64,000 nt of DNA from Bacilli bacterium (lineage in GTDB: Bacteria > Bacillota_I > Bacilli_A > RFN20 > CAG-826): the NCBI GenBank assembly GCA_045597865.1, contig JAZLKX010000040.1, forward strand, positions 1 through 64,000, given 5' to 3'. Positions 17,330 to 27,070 of the stretch are shown piece after piece (position 1 is the first letter of the stretch; each line of letters opens with the position of its first letter). The notes beneath the pieces are model-generated. The model was not told where the DNA came from. It saw nothing but the letters and a program-made list of their open reading frames with translations, and searched no databases. A program made the translations under genes and the position numbers.

Positions 17330-19946
17330 TTCGATTTTTAAACTCCTTATTGTATGGAATCTGCATTGTTATACAGTGAACGTTTCCGCCACCTAACAAA
17401 ATTTCTTTTGTGTTAAATTGAATGATTTCTTTTTCTGGATAAAGTTTTTGCAAAGTTTGTTTTGCTAATTTGTCTTCTGGAACTCCAAATGCTGGAAGGA
17501 TAACGAATTTCTCGCCTTGATAAAAGTTAACGTAACTTGCTGCAAGTCTATTTCCTTCAACACGTGATTTTGCATTGTATTTTCCAACACTAATTCCCTT
17601 GGATTCTTTCTTTGACATATAAATTGGGGAAGGAACCTTAATTTTTACAATTTCAAACGGTCTTCCTTGAGCGTCAGTTGAGTTCTTAAGAACTTTGTAT
17701 GCATCTGAAGAGAATTTGTATTGTGGATCGTTCTTATCGTTTGTCCATGCAAGTGCGACAACGCCTGGTTTAATGAAGCAAGCGACGTTGTCAACATGCT
17801 CATTAGTCTCATCTTCATAAATTCCATGCTCCAACCAAATAACTTTCTTAACACCAAGGTAAATCTTGAGTGTTTCTTCGATTTCTAATTGAGTTAAATG
17901 TGGATTTCTTCCTTCGGAGAGCAAGCAAGCCTTTGTAACAAGGCATGTTCCTTCGCCATCAACATGAATTGACCCGCCTTCAAGAATAAAGTCATCTAAT
18001 CTATAAGATTCGACACCAAATTTTTTAGCTAGATTTTTTGTTAAAGCGTCATCTTGTTTGTAATTTGAATACAAACCATCAACTTCTCCGCCCCAAGCGT
18101 TAAATCTGAAATCTACAATTCTCATTCTGTCACCATTTGTGACAAAAATTGGAGAATTGTCTCTAGCCCAAGCATCATTATATGCAATCTTGATTGGATA
18201 AATATTTTTAAGTCCTTCGTAATCTTTGATTGCGCGATTCCATAATTTTGGAGAAATTCCGACATATACAGGTTCGTATTTTGCAATACTTGTGATAACT
18301 TGCTTATAGTTTTCGAGTGCTGGCTCAGCATTCTTTCTCCAAGTATCTTTTCTAAATGGCAATAGAACAATAGTTCCGCTGTGTTTATCGCCTTCAAAAG
18401 GCATAGAAAAGTCATCTCCACGTGGAGTTGAAATTCTTTTAACTAAATAGTCATTAAGTTTATTTTTGTGAGCTCTATAAGCTCTCCATTTTGCTGTATC
18501 AATTACGTTAACGTAATCTCCGTGATAATCGGAAAGAATTGTACAACCAATTTTTCTATAAGAAGCGATTCTATCAACTAAGTCTTTAGTGAATACTTCT
18601 CCTGGAACTATTAATGGGATTCCTGGAGGGTAAATCATAATTGATTCTTTAGAAATACAGTTCACTGCATCTCTTAAGGCAACTTTGTTGCCTGGGGCGT
18701 GATAGGCACTTCTTGGTCTAACAATTTGGAATGGGAAATCAACGCCAAAGGCGTGACGTTTATATTCATATTTTTTGTTGTAGTGTTTCTTTGAAATGTC
18801 TTTAAGAGCCGCAATAAAACGATTCATTTTTGCTTTTGTAAATGCAGCAGATAATACACCCATTATTACATATGTTTCAGCGAGTTCGATTTGTATATCG
18901 TACTCTTCTCTCAAAATTCTAAATAAATCGAAACCATTAACATCAAGATGTTCTAGTTTAATAACTAGTTTTGTATCATCATAATCATAACAACCATGCG
19001 AAATAAAATGCTCTTTTCCAACAGGAATGAAGCCTTTAATTTTTGCAATTTGTTCACGACCATAAGTAGAAATTTCGTGTATTTTTGTCATATATTCTTG
19101 ACCTTTTGTTGCTGCAAATTGTCTTGCAGAATCAATTGAAGCCATAAGAATTGTTGATGGGGATGTTGTGTTAAGAATATTGAGTGTTTTTTGAACTTGA
19201 GCACGATCAATAGATTCAGACTTTAGTAACAATACTGAGGATTGGGTTAAGCTTCCGCCAGTTTTATGAAATGAAACTGAAGCCATATCTGCTCCAGCAT
19301 CCATAGCTGAAATTGGACCTTGCTTATCGAAATAGTAGTGAGCACCGTGCGCTTCATCTACTAGTACTGCAATTCCTCTAGCATGAGCTTCTTTAACTAA
19401 ACGTTTTAAATCGTTAACCGCGCCAAAATAGGTTGGGTTAATAACAAAGATTGCTTTCGCAGAAGGATATTTGTGCATAGCACTAATATAATCGTCAACA
19501 GATGGTTGGTTTGCTATTTCTAAATCTGCATCAATTTTTGGTGCAATAAAAATTGGTGATGCACCAGAAAGAATAAGTGCCGAAATAACAGATTTGTGCA
19601 CATTACGTGGGAGAATAATTTTCTCGTTAGCGTGGCAAGCGCACATAATCATAGCGATAATACCACTAGAAGTGCCGTTAATAAGGAAGAAAGACTTATC
19701 AGCATTAGTAAAGTCAGCCATAAGTTTTTCAGCCTCTAAAAGAACTCCTTGAGGATTGGCTAAATTGTCTAGTCCTAAAGGAGCATTAACGTCGGCATTA
19801 TATAATGAATCACCAATATAAGATCTAAATTTGCTTGGTAAAGAGCCTCTTTCGTGTCCTGGAACATCAAGTTGCATGACATCTTTTGAAAGATACTTCT
19901 TCAAAGCGTCTAAATATGGTGTTTTATTTTGATCTAGCTTTGCCAT
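17319..19946 (-). CDS. Fusion of AAT-fold Orn/Lys/Arg (likely arginine) decarboxylase and agmatine deiminase
   Basis: N-half: DVPGH, INGTSSG, PRNVHKS, DEAHGAH, SFHKT (PLP Lys), TTSPS, YPPGIP. C-half: TP..MPFE, WARD, LEGGSIHVDGEGT, HVDN, GGGNVHCITMQIP. One uninterrupted frame. Confidence 0.93.
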   Translation of the reverse strand: MAKLDQNKTPYLDALKKYLSKDVMQLDVPGHERGSLPSKFRSYIGDSLYNADVNAPLGLDNLANPQGVLLEAEKLMADFTNADKSFFLINGTSSGIIAMIMCACHANEKIILPRNVHKSVISALILSGASPIFIAPKIDADLEIANQPSVDDYISAMHKYPSAKAIFVINPTYFGAVNDLKRLVKEAHARGIAVLVDEAHGAHYYFDKQGPISAMDAGADMASVSFHKTGGSLTQSSVLLLKSESIDRAQVQKTLNILNTTSPSTILMASIDSARQFAATKGQEYMTKIHEISTYGREQIAKIKGFIPVGKEHFISHGCYDYDDTKLVIKLEHLDVNGFDLFRILREEYDIQIELAETYVIMGVLSAAFTKAKMNRFIAALKDISKKHYNKKYEYKRHAFGVDFPFQIVRPRSAYHAPGNKVALRDAVNCISKESIMIYPPGIPLIVPGEVFTKDLVDRIASYRKIGCTILSDYHGDYVNVIDTAKWRAYRAHKNKLNDYLVKRISTPRGDDFSMPFEGDKHSGTIVLLPFRKDTWRKNAEPALENYKQVITSIAKYEPVYVGISPKLWNRAIKDYEGLKNIYPIKIAYNDAWARDNSPIFVTNGDRMRIVDFRFNAWGGEVDGLYSNYKQDDALTKNLAKKFGVESYRLDDFILEGGSIHVDGEGTCLVTKACLLSEGRNPHLTQLEIEETLKIYLGVKKVIWLEHGIYEDETNEHVDNVACFIKPGVVALAWTNDKNDPQYKFSSDAYKVLKNSTDAQGRPFEIVKIKVPSPIYMSKKESKGISVGKYNAKSRVEGNRLAASYVNFYQGEKFVILPAFGVPEDKLAKQTLQKLYPEKEIIQFNTKEILLGGGNVHCITMQIPYNKEFKNRNEN

Positions 19947-19948
19947 AA

Positions 19949-21526
19949 TTATTTTGTTAACGAATTAATAAATTCGGTCTCCACTGCAACATCTAAACGT
20001 GGGAATAAAGGTGTTCCCTTATCTACATGGTTTCCTGCAAAGCAGCAGAAATCATGAACTGATTCATATGCTTGTTGTTTTTCGTTTAAGTTGAATAGTG
20101 CAAATACTTTTGGAGCAGATTCGACTAAAACTGGTGATAAAAGTTTTGTTCCAACAATAATACAATTTGTTAAAACTGCCATAACATTTCCAAGCTCTTC
20201 AATCTTGCCTTCTTTAGACAAAACCCAAGGCTGAGAATCTTCAATATATTTGTTTGCAACATTGAGTAAATTAATAACTTCATTGAGAGCTTCAGTAACC
20301 TTCAAATCGTCCATTAAATTCTCATATGCTTTTATCGTTTTCTCCGTCAAAACCTCAATATTTCGCTCATTTTCTCCAGGATTTTTAAGTTCTGGAACAA
20401 TACCGTCAAAGTACTTAGAAATCATAGAAGTTGTACGATTAACGAGGTTTCCAAAATTGTTAGCAAGGTCAACATTAACGCGGTCAGCAAATAACTCTGG
20501 AGTGAATCTTCCATCACTGCCAAACGAGAATTCTTTTGCTAAGAACCAACGCACTGTATCAACGCCATATCTTTCAATTAACGGAAGAGGTGAAACAACA
20601 TTTCCGCGGCTCTTAGACATTTTCTCGCCATTGAGGTCTAAAAGACCATGAACAAAAACTCTATCAGGCAATCTTAGATTGAGTCCTTTTAAGAACATTG
20701 GCCAATAAATTACGTGGAAGCGTGTAATGTCCGCGCCTACAACGTGCACAATTTCAGCATCAGGATCATTCCAAAATTTTTCAAATTTTTCTGGATTGTC
20801 AGAGCCATAACCTAAAGCTGTAATATAATTACAGAGTGCATCCAACCAAACATACATTACGTGTTTTGGATTTTCCAAAACTGGAACACCCCAATCAAAT
20901 GTTGTTCTAGAAACACAAAGATCATCCAAACCATTCTTAATGAATGTATTCATCATTTCGTTTTTGCGTGAAACTGGTGTAATGAATTTTGGGTTTTCTT
21001 CATAATATTTCAAAATGTCAGGAAGATATTTATTTGTTTTGAAGAAATAACATTCTTCAGAAGCTTTATGAACTTCTCTATGACAATCTGGACAAAGGTG
21101 TTCTTCACCAACTTGAGTGTCGGTCCAGAACGATTCACATGGAGTACAATACCAACCTTCATATTTACCAAGATAGATATCTTCGTTTTTATAAAGCTTT
21201 GAGAAAATGTTTTGAACAACCGTGGTGTGTCTTTCTTGGGTTGTTCTAATAAAATCATCATTTGAAATTTTCATAGCTTTCCATAAATCTTGGAATTTTG
21301 CTGCAATCTCATCAACATATTGTTGAGGAGTTACGCCTTTTTCAGCAGCTTTCTTTTGGATTTTTTCGCCATGTTCATCAGTACCTGTTAAAAAATAGGT
21401 TTCAAAACCACGCATTCGTTTGGAGCGTGCAATAATATCGCACATGGTCGTACAGTAAGCATGACCTATGTGTGCTTCCGCGCTAGGATAATAAATTGGC
21501 GTAGTAATGTAGAACTTGTTTTTCAT
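19949..21526 (-). CDS. metG: Methionine--tRNA ligase (short form)
   Basis: FYITTPIYYPS, HIGH, GTDEHG, YVWLDAL, KMSKS. Confidence 0.97.
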   Translation of the reverse strand: MKNKFYITTPIYYPSAEAHIGHAYCTTMCDIIARSKRMRGFETYFLTGTDEHGEKIQKKAAEKGVTPQQYVDEIAAKFQDLWKAMKISNDDFIRTTQERHTTVVQNIFSKLYKNEDIYLGKYEGWYCTPCESFWTDTQVGEEHLCPDCHREVHKASEECYFFKTNKYLPDILKYYEENPKFITPVSRKNEMMNTFIKNGLDDLCVSRTTFDWGVPVLENPKHVMYVWLDALCNYITALGYGSDNPEKFEKFWNDPDAEIVHVVGADITRFHVIYWPMFLKGLNLRLPDRVFVHGLLDLNGEKMSKSRGNVVSPLPLIERYGVDTVRWFLAKEFSFGSDGRFTPELFADRVNVDLANNFGNLVNRTTSMISKYFDGIVPELKNPGENERNIEVLTEKTIKAYENLMDDLKVTEALNEVINLLNVANKYIEDSQPWVLSKEGKIEELGNVMAVLTNCIIVGTKLLSPVLVESAPKVFALFNLNEKQQAYESVHDFCCFAGNHVDKGTPLFPRLDVAVETEFINSLTK

Positions 21527-21554
21527 ATGAGGTACTCCTTGTTCTAAAAATAAA

Positions 21555-22358
21555 TTAATTTATTCCGCAGGCTTTTTTAGTAGCTGCAGATTTATTTCCC
21601 CAAATTTTGCATGCATATTCAGGGTGATCAATAAATGGATTTCTATTTCCTTGATATTTGTTTTGAATAACGTTGTTTCTGTTGTGTTCACAACGTAGTT
21701 CTTTAGAAGCTTTTTTGTCATTTGAAGGAAGATATTCAAGATTCCATTTTAGAAGGTCTGATAACTTACCCATTTGATTGCCGCCACCAGAGGTGGAATC
21801 AACTAAACTTAAGCTTCCGTGCGCAACAACACAATAGAAAATAATACGAGCACAAATTCCTCTATAATCTTCGTGGCCTAAATCTCCTGGATCATAAGCA
21901 TTGTATTCAGCATAGAATTTGTTTCCTCTCTCAGAGTTAGAATCAACCCAAGCTGGTCTAACCATATGAATATCACCTTCGACGTTGTCGCCACCAAGTG
22001 ATCTTGGCCAAACATGTTCGCGATTCCATGTTTTTGCAGAATCCCAACCAGGACCGACTAAATGGTTGTCATAAAATCCAAGGATTTTTCCGCTTCCATC
22101 CGGATCAGCATCTGTATACTTAAATAGATTCTTAAGGCCATCATAAGTATAATCTTTGGTCTTTTTATCCTTGTTTAATTGTCTTAAATCATTCAACAAT
22201 GTTGAAGAATTTTCATTAATTCCTTCATAGTATTCATCTATAGATGGATCTTCCTCTGGTACAGGATCATCACCAGGCTTATCGCCGTTATCGCCACAAC
22301 CTGTAAGACAAACTACAGATGCTAAGAATGTTAAAAAAGTTAAAAATTGTTTCTTCAT
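21555..22358 (-). CDS. Endonuclease I (Bsn/EndA-like) lipoprotein
   Basis: Lipobox LTGC; NREHVWP, DIHMVRP, NSERGN, QGNRNPFIDHPE. Confidence 0.9.
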   Translation of the reverse strand: MKKQFLTFLTFLASVVCLTGCGDNGDKPGDDPVPEEDPSIDEYYEGINENSSTLLNDLRQLNKDKKTKDYTYDGLKNLFKYTDADPDGSGKILGFYDNHLVGPGWDSAKTWNREHVWPRSLGGDNVEGDIHMVRPAWVDSNSERGNKFYAEYNAYDPGDLGHEDYRGICARIIFYCVVAHGSLSLVDSTSGGGNQMGKLSDLLKWNLEYLPSNDKKASKELRCEHNRNNVIQNKYQGNRNPFIDHPEYACKIWGNKSAATKKACGIN

Positions 22359-22361
22359 ATT

Positions 22362-23831
22362 TTATAATCCACAAATTTCTCTTGTTGTACTATTGGTGGT
22401 ACCCCAAATTTTACAAGCATATTCTGGGTGATCAATAAATGGATTTCTGTTTCCTTGTAAGGTTTCGGCTCCGTCATTTCTTGTAAGTTCTCTTTCAAGA
22501 ACTGGGTATTCAAGATTCCATCTTAATAAGTCAGACAATTTTCCCATTGTTTTATTTCCGGTGCTGTCGTCTTCTTTATCAACAAGCTTTAAGCTTGTGC
22601 TTGCGATTGCACAATAGAATATAATTCTAGCAGAATCGCCACGATAACTTTCTTTTCCGAAAGACTCCATAGCTGGATCCCAACCACCGCTTGATTTGCA
22701 TTTTCCTTCAACATAGAATGAATTTCCGCGGCTTCCGTTTTCGGCATTCAATGTTGGTCTTGGCATATGAATGTCAGCTTCAACCAAGTTGCCACCTCTT
22801 GAATCTGGCCAAACGTGTTCACGATTCAAACCGCTAGTTCCGTTATTATTTCTACCAGAATAGAAAGTGGTAATAGTATTTGATCCTGTTCCAGGATCTG
22901 TAACATAGAATCCTTGTGATGGGTTGTTGAGCATATTCTTATAGCCAACAGTTCTTTTTCGTTTGCCACTATTTAATTTATTTAAATCATTCAACAATGT
23001 TGAGGAATTTGGGTTAATTCCTTCGTAATAACCAGTTTCCTTATTTTCTTTAACAGTAATAGAAACTGTTGCAGTCTTTCCTAAATAGGAAACAGTGACC
23101 TCAGTGTCACCTAAAGTAAATATATCTGGGCTACATTCGTAGGTTGTTATTTCTTTCGAAGATCCATCTTCAAAATTTGCTACAACAACCATTCCGCTCT
23201 TGTTGAAACTTTCGCCTTCGTAATAAACGGTTTTTGTTGGATTTTCTTCGATAGAAATGCTTACAAGTTTTGCACCTTCTTGAGTAACAGAAATTGGAGT
23301 AGTAGTTCTAAATCTACCGCTTCTAATTGTTATTTTATCGTTTGTCTCATCCAACTCATCTGTTGGTGAATATGTATAATTGGTAATTGCTGACCCTGTG
23401 CCATCTTCATAAACTTTTTTAACAACCATTCCGGTTGGATCAAATTTTTCACCAACAACATAATCAACCTTATCTGGTGGAGTGGTTACTTCAATACCAG
23501 TTTGTACACGTGGGCTGTCTGAAACAGTAATATCTTGAGTACAAGTTTTGCCTCCAAATGAAATTGTTACATAAGTAACACCCATTTCGAGTTCATCTTT
23601 TGGCTCATAAGTATAAGCTTTTATTTCACTTTCTTTACCGCCCATGTAACTTCCTGTAACTACCATTCCGGTTGGATCAAATTTATCGCCAACAGCGTAT
23701 ACAAGAGTCTCTGGAGGTGTTGTAACTCTAATATTTAAGAGAGTTGGATCGCTTCCAGGTTCACAACCAGTGCAAAAAACGGCTGCTGATGATACTACTG
23801 TAGCAATAAGAGTTAATCGAAACTTCTTCAT
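22362..23831 (-). CDS. Endonuclease I lipoprotein with three bacterial Ig-like repeats
   Basis: Lipobox CTGC; three P.K/T..Y..G(D/E).F(D/N).(T/S)GMVV repeats; NREHVWP, QGNRNPFIDHPE. Confidence 0.9.
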   Translation of the reverse strand: MKKFRLTLIATVVSSAAVFCTGCEPGSDPTLLNIRVTTPPETLVYAVGDKFDPTGMVVTGSYMGGKESEIKAYTYEPKDELEMGVTYVTISFGGKTCTQDITVSDSPRVQTGIEVTTPPDKVDYVVGEKFDPTGMVVKKVYEDGTGSAITNYTYSPTDELDETNDKITIRSGRFRTTTPISVTQEGAKLVSISIEENPTKTVYYEGESFNKSGMVVVANFEDGSSKEITTYECSPDIFTLGDTEVTVSYLGKTATVSITVKENKETGYYEGINPNSSTLLNDLNKLNSGKRKRTVGYKNMLNNPSQGFYVTDPGTGSNTITTFYSGRNNNGTSGLNREHVWPDSRGGNLVEADIHMPRPTLNAENGSRGNSFYVEGKCKSSGGWDPAMESFGKESYRGDSARIIFYCAIASTSLKLVDKEDDSTGNKTMGKLSDLLRWNLEYPVLERELTRNDGAETLQGNRNPFIDHPEYACKIWGTTNSTTREICGL

Positions 23832-23890
23832 ATACTAGTATTATAAATCTGTTTATTTAAAAAATAAAGTTGAATATAAAAGAAAAATAT

Positions 23891-23919
23891 AAAAAAACTC
23901 GCGGACAATCGCGAGTTTC
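23891..23919 (-). terminator. Intrinsic terminator after rpmE
   Basis: AAACTCGCG...CGCGAGTTT hairpin followed by a U-run on the minus strand. Confidence 0.8.
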
Positions 23920-23937
23920 TTAATTTTTAGTAGTTTC

Positions 23938-24141
23938 TTATTTTAAACCGTATTTCTTATTGAAACGATCAACACGGCCATCAGTGGAAACGAATCTTTG
24001 CTTGCCAGTATAAAATGGGTGGCAATTTGAGCAAGTATCAACGTGGATTTCCTTGCGTGTAGAATGTGTTTTGAACTTGCTACCGCAAGAGACACAAGTA
24101 ACTTCTACTTCGTAAACTTCTGGATGAATATCTTTTTTCAT
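23938..24141 (-). CDS. rpmE: 50S ribosomal protein L31 (Zn-binding type)
   Basis: [32 protein letters not shown]. Confidence 0.98.
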   Translation of the reverse strand: MKKDIHPEVYEVEVTCVSCGSKFKTHSTRKEIHVDTCSNCHPFYTGKQRFVSTDGRVDRFNKKYGLK

Positions 24142-24149
24142 AAATCTAA

Positions 24150-24195
24150 CTCCTTCCGCCTTAGGGCTCTTTGGCTCCTAAAGAAAGTGCCTAAA
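24150..24195 (-). promoter_or_regulatory. Putative L31 ribosomal protein leader hairpin
   Basis: CTTTAGG-agccaaagagc-CCTAAGG stem directly followed by GCGGAAGGAG (SD), like Firmicute rpmE leaders. Confidence 0.45.
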
Positions 24196-24293
24196 TATGT
24201 TAACATGTTAAAAAGCAAAAGCAAGAAAAAATATAATTTATTTATATCTTACGAAAAAGTCTATATAATACTATCACCACAAAGGAGAATCCT

Positions 24294-25691
24294 ATGTTAA
24301 GTAAAGCTCAAAGTTTAAGAATACTTCAAAAAGGTTTACTCACTGGTGCTGATTACGCAGAAGTTTTTATTGAGGACAAAACATCCCAAAATATCGTCAT
24401 CGAAAATGGCAAAGTTGAGACCTCTTCAATTAACCGTACTTTTGGCGCTGGAGTTAGACTTTTGAAGAACTTGCAAAGTGTCTACGGATACACTAATGAA
24501 GTTAACGAAAAATCTATTACAAAATTGATTGAATCATTATCCAAATCATTTAATGAAAAACCATGTGTTTTCCTGGATAATTTAACAAAAAAGACCGCAA
24601 AAACCCTATCAAAATCAGAAATTCCTTTTGATAAAGTTAGTGATGAAGAAGTCATAAAATATCTAAAATCTGGGGAACAAATTATGCGTGATTTCGACAA
24701 GCGAATTGTCAGAACAAATTCATCCCTTTCTCATCAACATTCTTACATTCAAATTATCAACTCAAAAGGTATGATGATTATGGATGAAAAAGAGCGCGGA
24801 AGATGTGCACTTTCTTGCGTTGCTGCAGACAATGGAAAAATTGAAACAGCATTCGAAGGCCCTGGTGCCTCCGCAGGTTTTGAATTCTTTTTAAATAATG
24901 TAAATATTAAAGAGGTTGCACATAGAGTTGCAAGCAATGCAATTATGATGCTTGAAGCTAAAGAATGCCCAAGCGGAAAAATGCCAGTTATTATCGGAAA
25001 TGGATTCGGTGGAACTTTGTTCCATGAAGCATGTGGGCACCCGCTTGAAGCCAGTGCAGTCAGCAAAGGTTTATCTGTTTTTGCAAATAAAATTGGCAAA
25101 CAAATTGCGTCACCAGTGGTTTCTGCTATTGATGACGGAACAATTCCAAATGGTTGGGGTTCAAATAACGTTGATGACGAAGGAAACCCAACTCAAAAAA
25201 CTTTACTTATTGAAAACGGAATTCTCAAAAATTATCTAATTGATGATTTCAATGGAAGAAGAATGGGTATGAAGGGAAACGGCGCTTGTCGTAGACAATC
25301 ATATCGATTTGAACCAACTTCAAGAATGTCTAATACATTTATTTGTAACGGAAAATCGACTCCAGAAGAAATTATTAAAGCAACTAAGTTTGGCTTATAT
25401 GCCAAATCTTTAGCTGGCGGATCAGTTAATCCTGTAACTGGAGAATTTAACTTCGGTTGCTCAGTAGCTTACATAGTAAGAGATGGCAAAATCTGTGAAC
25501 CAGTTAGGGGTGCTTCAATCATTGGAACAGGGCAAGACATTTTAATGAAAATTGACATGGTTGCAAATGACTTAGAAAGAGCTCAAGGAATGTGTGGAGC
25601 CGCTTCTGGTTATTGCCCAGTTGATGTTGGGCAACCAACAATTCGTGTTAGTGAAATGACCGTTGGTGGAAATGGAGGAGAAATCAAATGA
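24294..25691 (+). CDS. tldD: TldD metalloprotease subunit
   Basis: HEACGHPLE zinc motif, DDEG, SRMSNT, C-terminal GMCGAASG..PV..GQP. Confidence 0.94.
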   Translation: MLSKAQSLRILQKGLLTGADYAEVFIEDKTSQNIVIENGKVETSSINRTFGAGVRLLKNLQSVYGYTNEVNEKSITKLIESLSKSFNEKPCVFLDNLTKKTAKTLSKSEIPFDKVSDEEVIKYLKSGEQIMRDFDKRIVRTNSSLSHQHSYIQIINSKGMMIMDEKERGRCALSCVAADNGKIETAFEGPGASAGFEFFLNNVNIKEVAHRVASNAIMMLEAKECPSGKMPVIIGNGFGGTLFHEACGHPLEASAVSKGLSVFANKIGKQIASPVVSAIDDGTIPNGWGSNNVDDEGNPTQKTLLIENGILKNYLIDDFNGRRMGMKGNGACRRQSYRFEPTSRMSNTFICNGKSTPEEIIKATKFGLYAKSLAGGSVNPVTGEFNFGCSVAYIVRDGKICEPVRGASIIGTGQDILMKIDMVANDLERAQGMCGAASGYCPVDVGQPTIRVSEMTVGGNGGEIK

Positions 25692-27019
25692 AATTAAATG
25701 AACAAAAGTTCTTTGAACTAGCTAAAGAAAATAAATTTGAGTCAGCTGACCTCTATGTTAAGAGAAATTATTCTTTATCCACCTCAATTTTCCATGGCGA
25801 AGTTGATTCGATGACTGAGCATGATTCACATCTTGTTACTGCTCGAGGAATTATTAATGGAAAGTTCGGCTCAGCTACTACAGAAGCAATTGATAAGGAC
25901 GCTCCTGCTTTCCTAATTTCGAGCATAAAAAGAACTGCCGGAGTTATCGAAAATGATGACCCAAGTATTATCTTCAGAGGCAGCGAAAAATATCATAAAA
26001 AATCAGTTTTCAATAAAGCTGTTCTAAGTGGAAATATCCAGGAAAAAGTGGGTATTTTGCTTGAAATTGAGCGAAAATTGAAGGCTTTCGATAAGAGGAT
26101 TGATGAAGTTGTTACGGTCGGTTATGAAGAGAGCTTGAGCGAAGAAAAATTATCAAATTCATATGGCTTAAAGCTTGCATCGAAAGTTGCTGATTATTCC
26201 TATTTTGCTGAGGTTACCGCAAAAGATGGAAATGAGGTTAGAACAGGCTTTAAAATCTTTGCTTCGATTGATCCAAATGAGTTTGAAATTAATAAATTTG
26301 TAGAAGATTGTGCTAATGATGCACTTGGAAAACTCGGTTCAGTACAATGTAAGTCCAAAAAATACCCTGTTGTCTTTACTCCAGAGTGTGCATCAATTCT
26401 TTTACGCCATCTTTTAGAGTCTGTTGATGCTGAAGAAGTTCAAAAACACACTTCTTTGTTCGAAGGAAAGTTAAATCAGCAAATTGTTAGTAAAAAATTA
26501 ACAGTTATTGAAGATCCTTTACAAAAAAATCTATTCTTTAGATATTTTGATGACGAGGGCGTCGCAACAAACAAAAAAGCAATCATCAAAAACGGTGTCT
26601 TGGAGACATATCTTTATACTTTACAAACTGCAAAAATTGCCGGTGTTGAACCAACAGGAAACGGTTATCGTTCTGGTTCAAAAGCAACCGCAGATACCGC
26701 ATTTTTAATGGTAAAACCTGGACGAAAATCAAAAAATGAACTCTTTTCCGAGATTAAAGAAGGCATTTTAATTAATGACCTTCAAGGCCTCCATTCTGGT
26801 ATGAATTCTCACTCAGGAAATTTCTCACTTCCTTGTGCTGGATTTATGATTAGAAATGGCAAGATTGCAGAACCAGTTGCTCTAATTACAGTTGCTGACA
26901 ACTTAGTAAATATGTTCTCTAATATTAAGGGTTTGTCCAAGGAAACAGAAATTGTTATTAGAACCACCACACAATGTCCATATATTTATATAAACAAAAT
27001 GGCAATCAGCGGAAAATAA
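25688..27019 (+). CDS. pmbA: TldE/PmbA subunit
   Basis: FDDEGV, TGNG, SGNFS; no HExxxH; overlaps tldD. Confidence 0.9.
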   Translation: MKLNEQKFFELAKENKFESADLYVKRNYSLSTSIFHGEVDSMTEHDSHLVTARGIINGKFGSATTEAIDKDAPAFLISSIKRTAGVIENDDPSIIFRGSEKYHKKSVFNKAVLSGNIQEKVGILLEIERKLKAFDKRIDEVVTVGYEESLSEEKLSNSYGLKLASKVADYSYFAEVTAKDGNEVRTGFKIFASIDPNEFEINKFVEDCANDALGKLGSVQCKSKKYPVVFTPECASILLRHLLESVDAEEVQKHTSLFEGKLNQQIVSKKLTVIEDPLQKNLFFRYFDDEGVATNKKAIIKNGVLETYLYTLQTAKIAGVEPTGNGYRSGSKATADTAFLMVKPGRKSKNELFSEIKEGILINDLQGLHSGMNSHSGNFSLPCAGFMIRNGKIAEPVALITVADNLVNMFSNIKGLSKETEIVIRTTTQCPYIYINKMAISGK

Positions 27020-27070
27020 TAGACAAAATTTAAAAATAAATATAAAATTTTGAGTTAGGAGGAGAAAACT

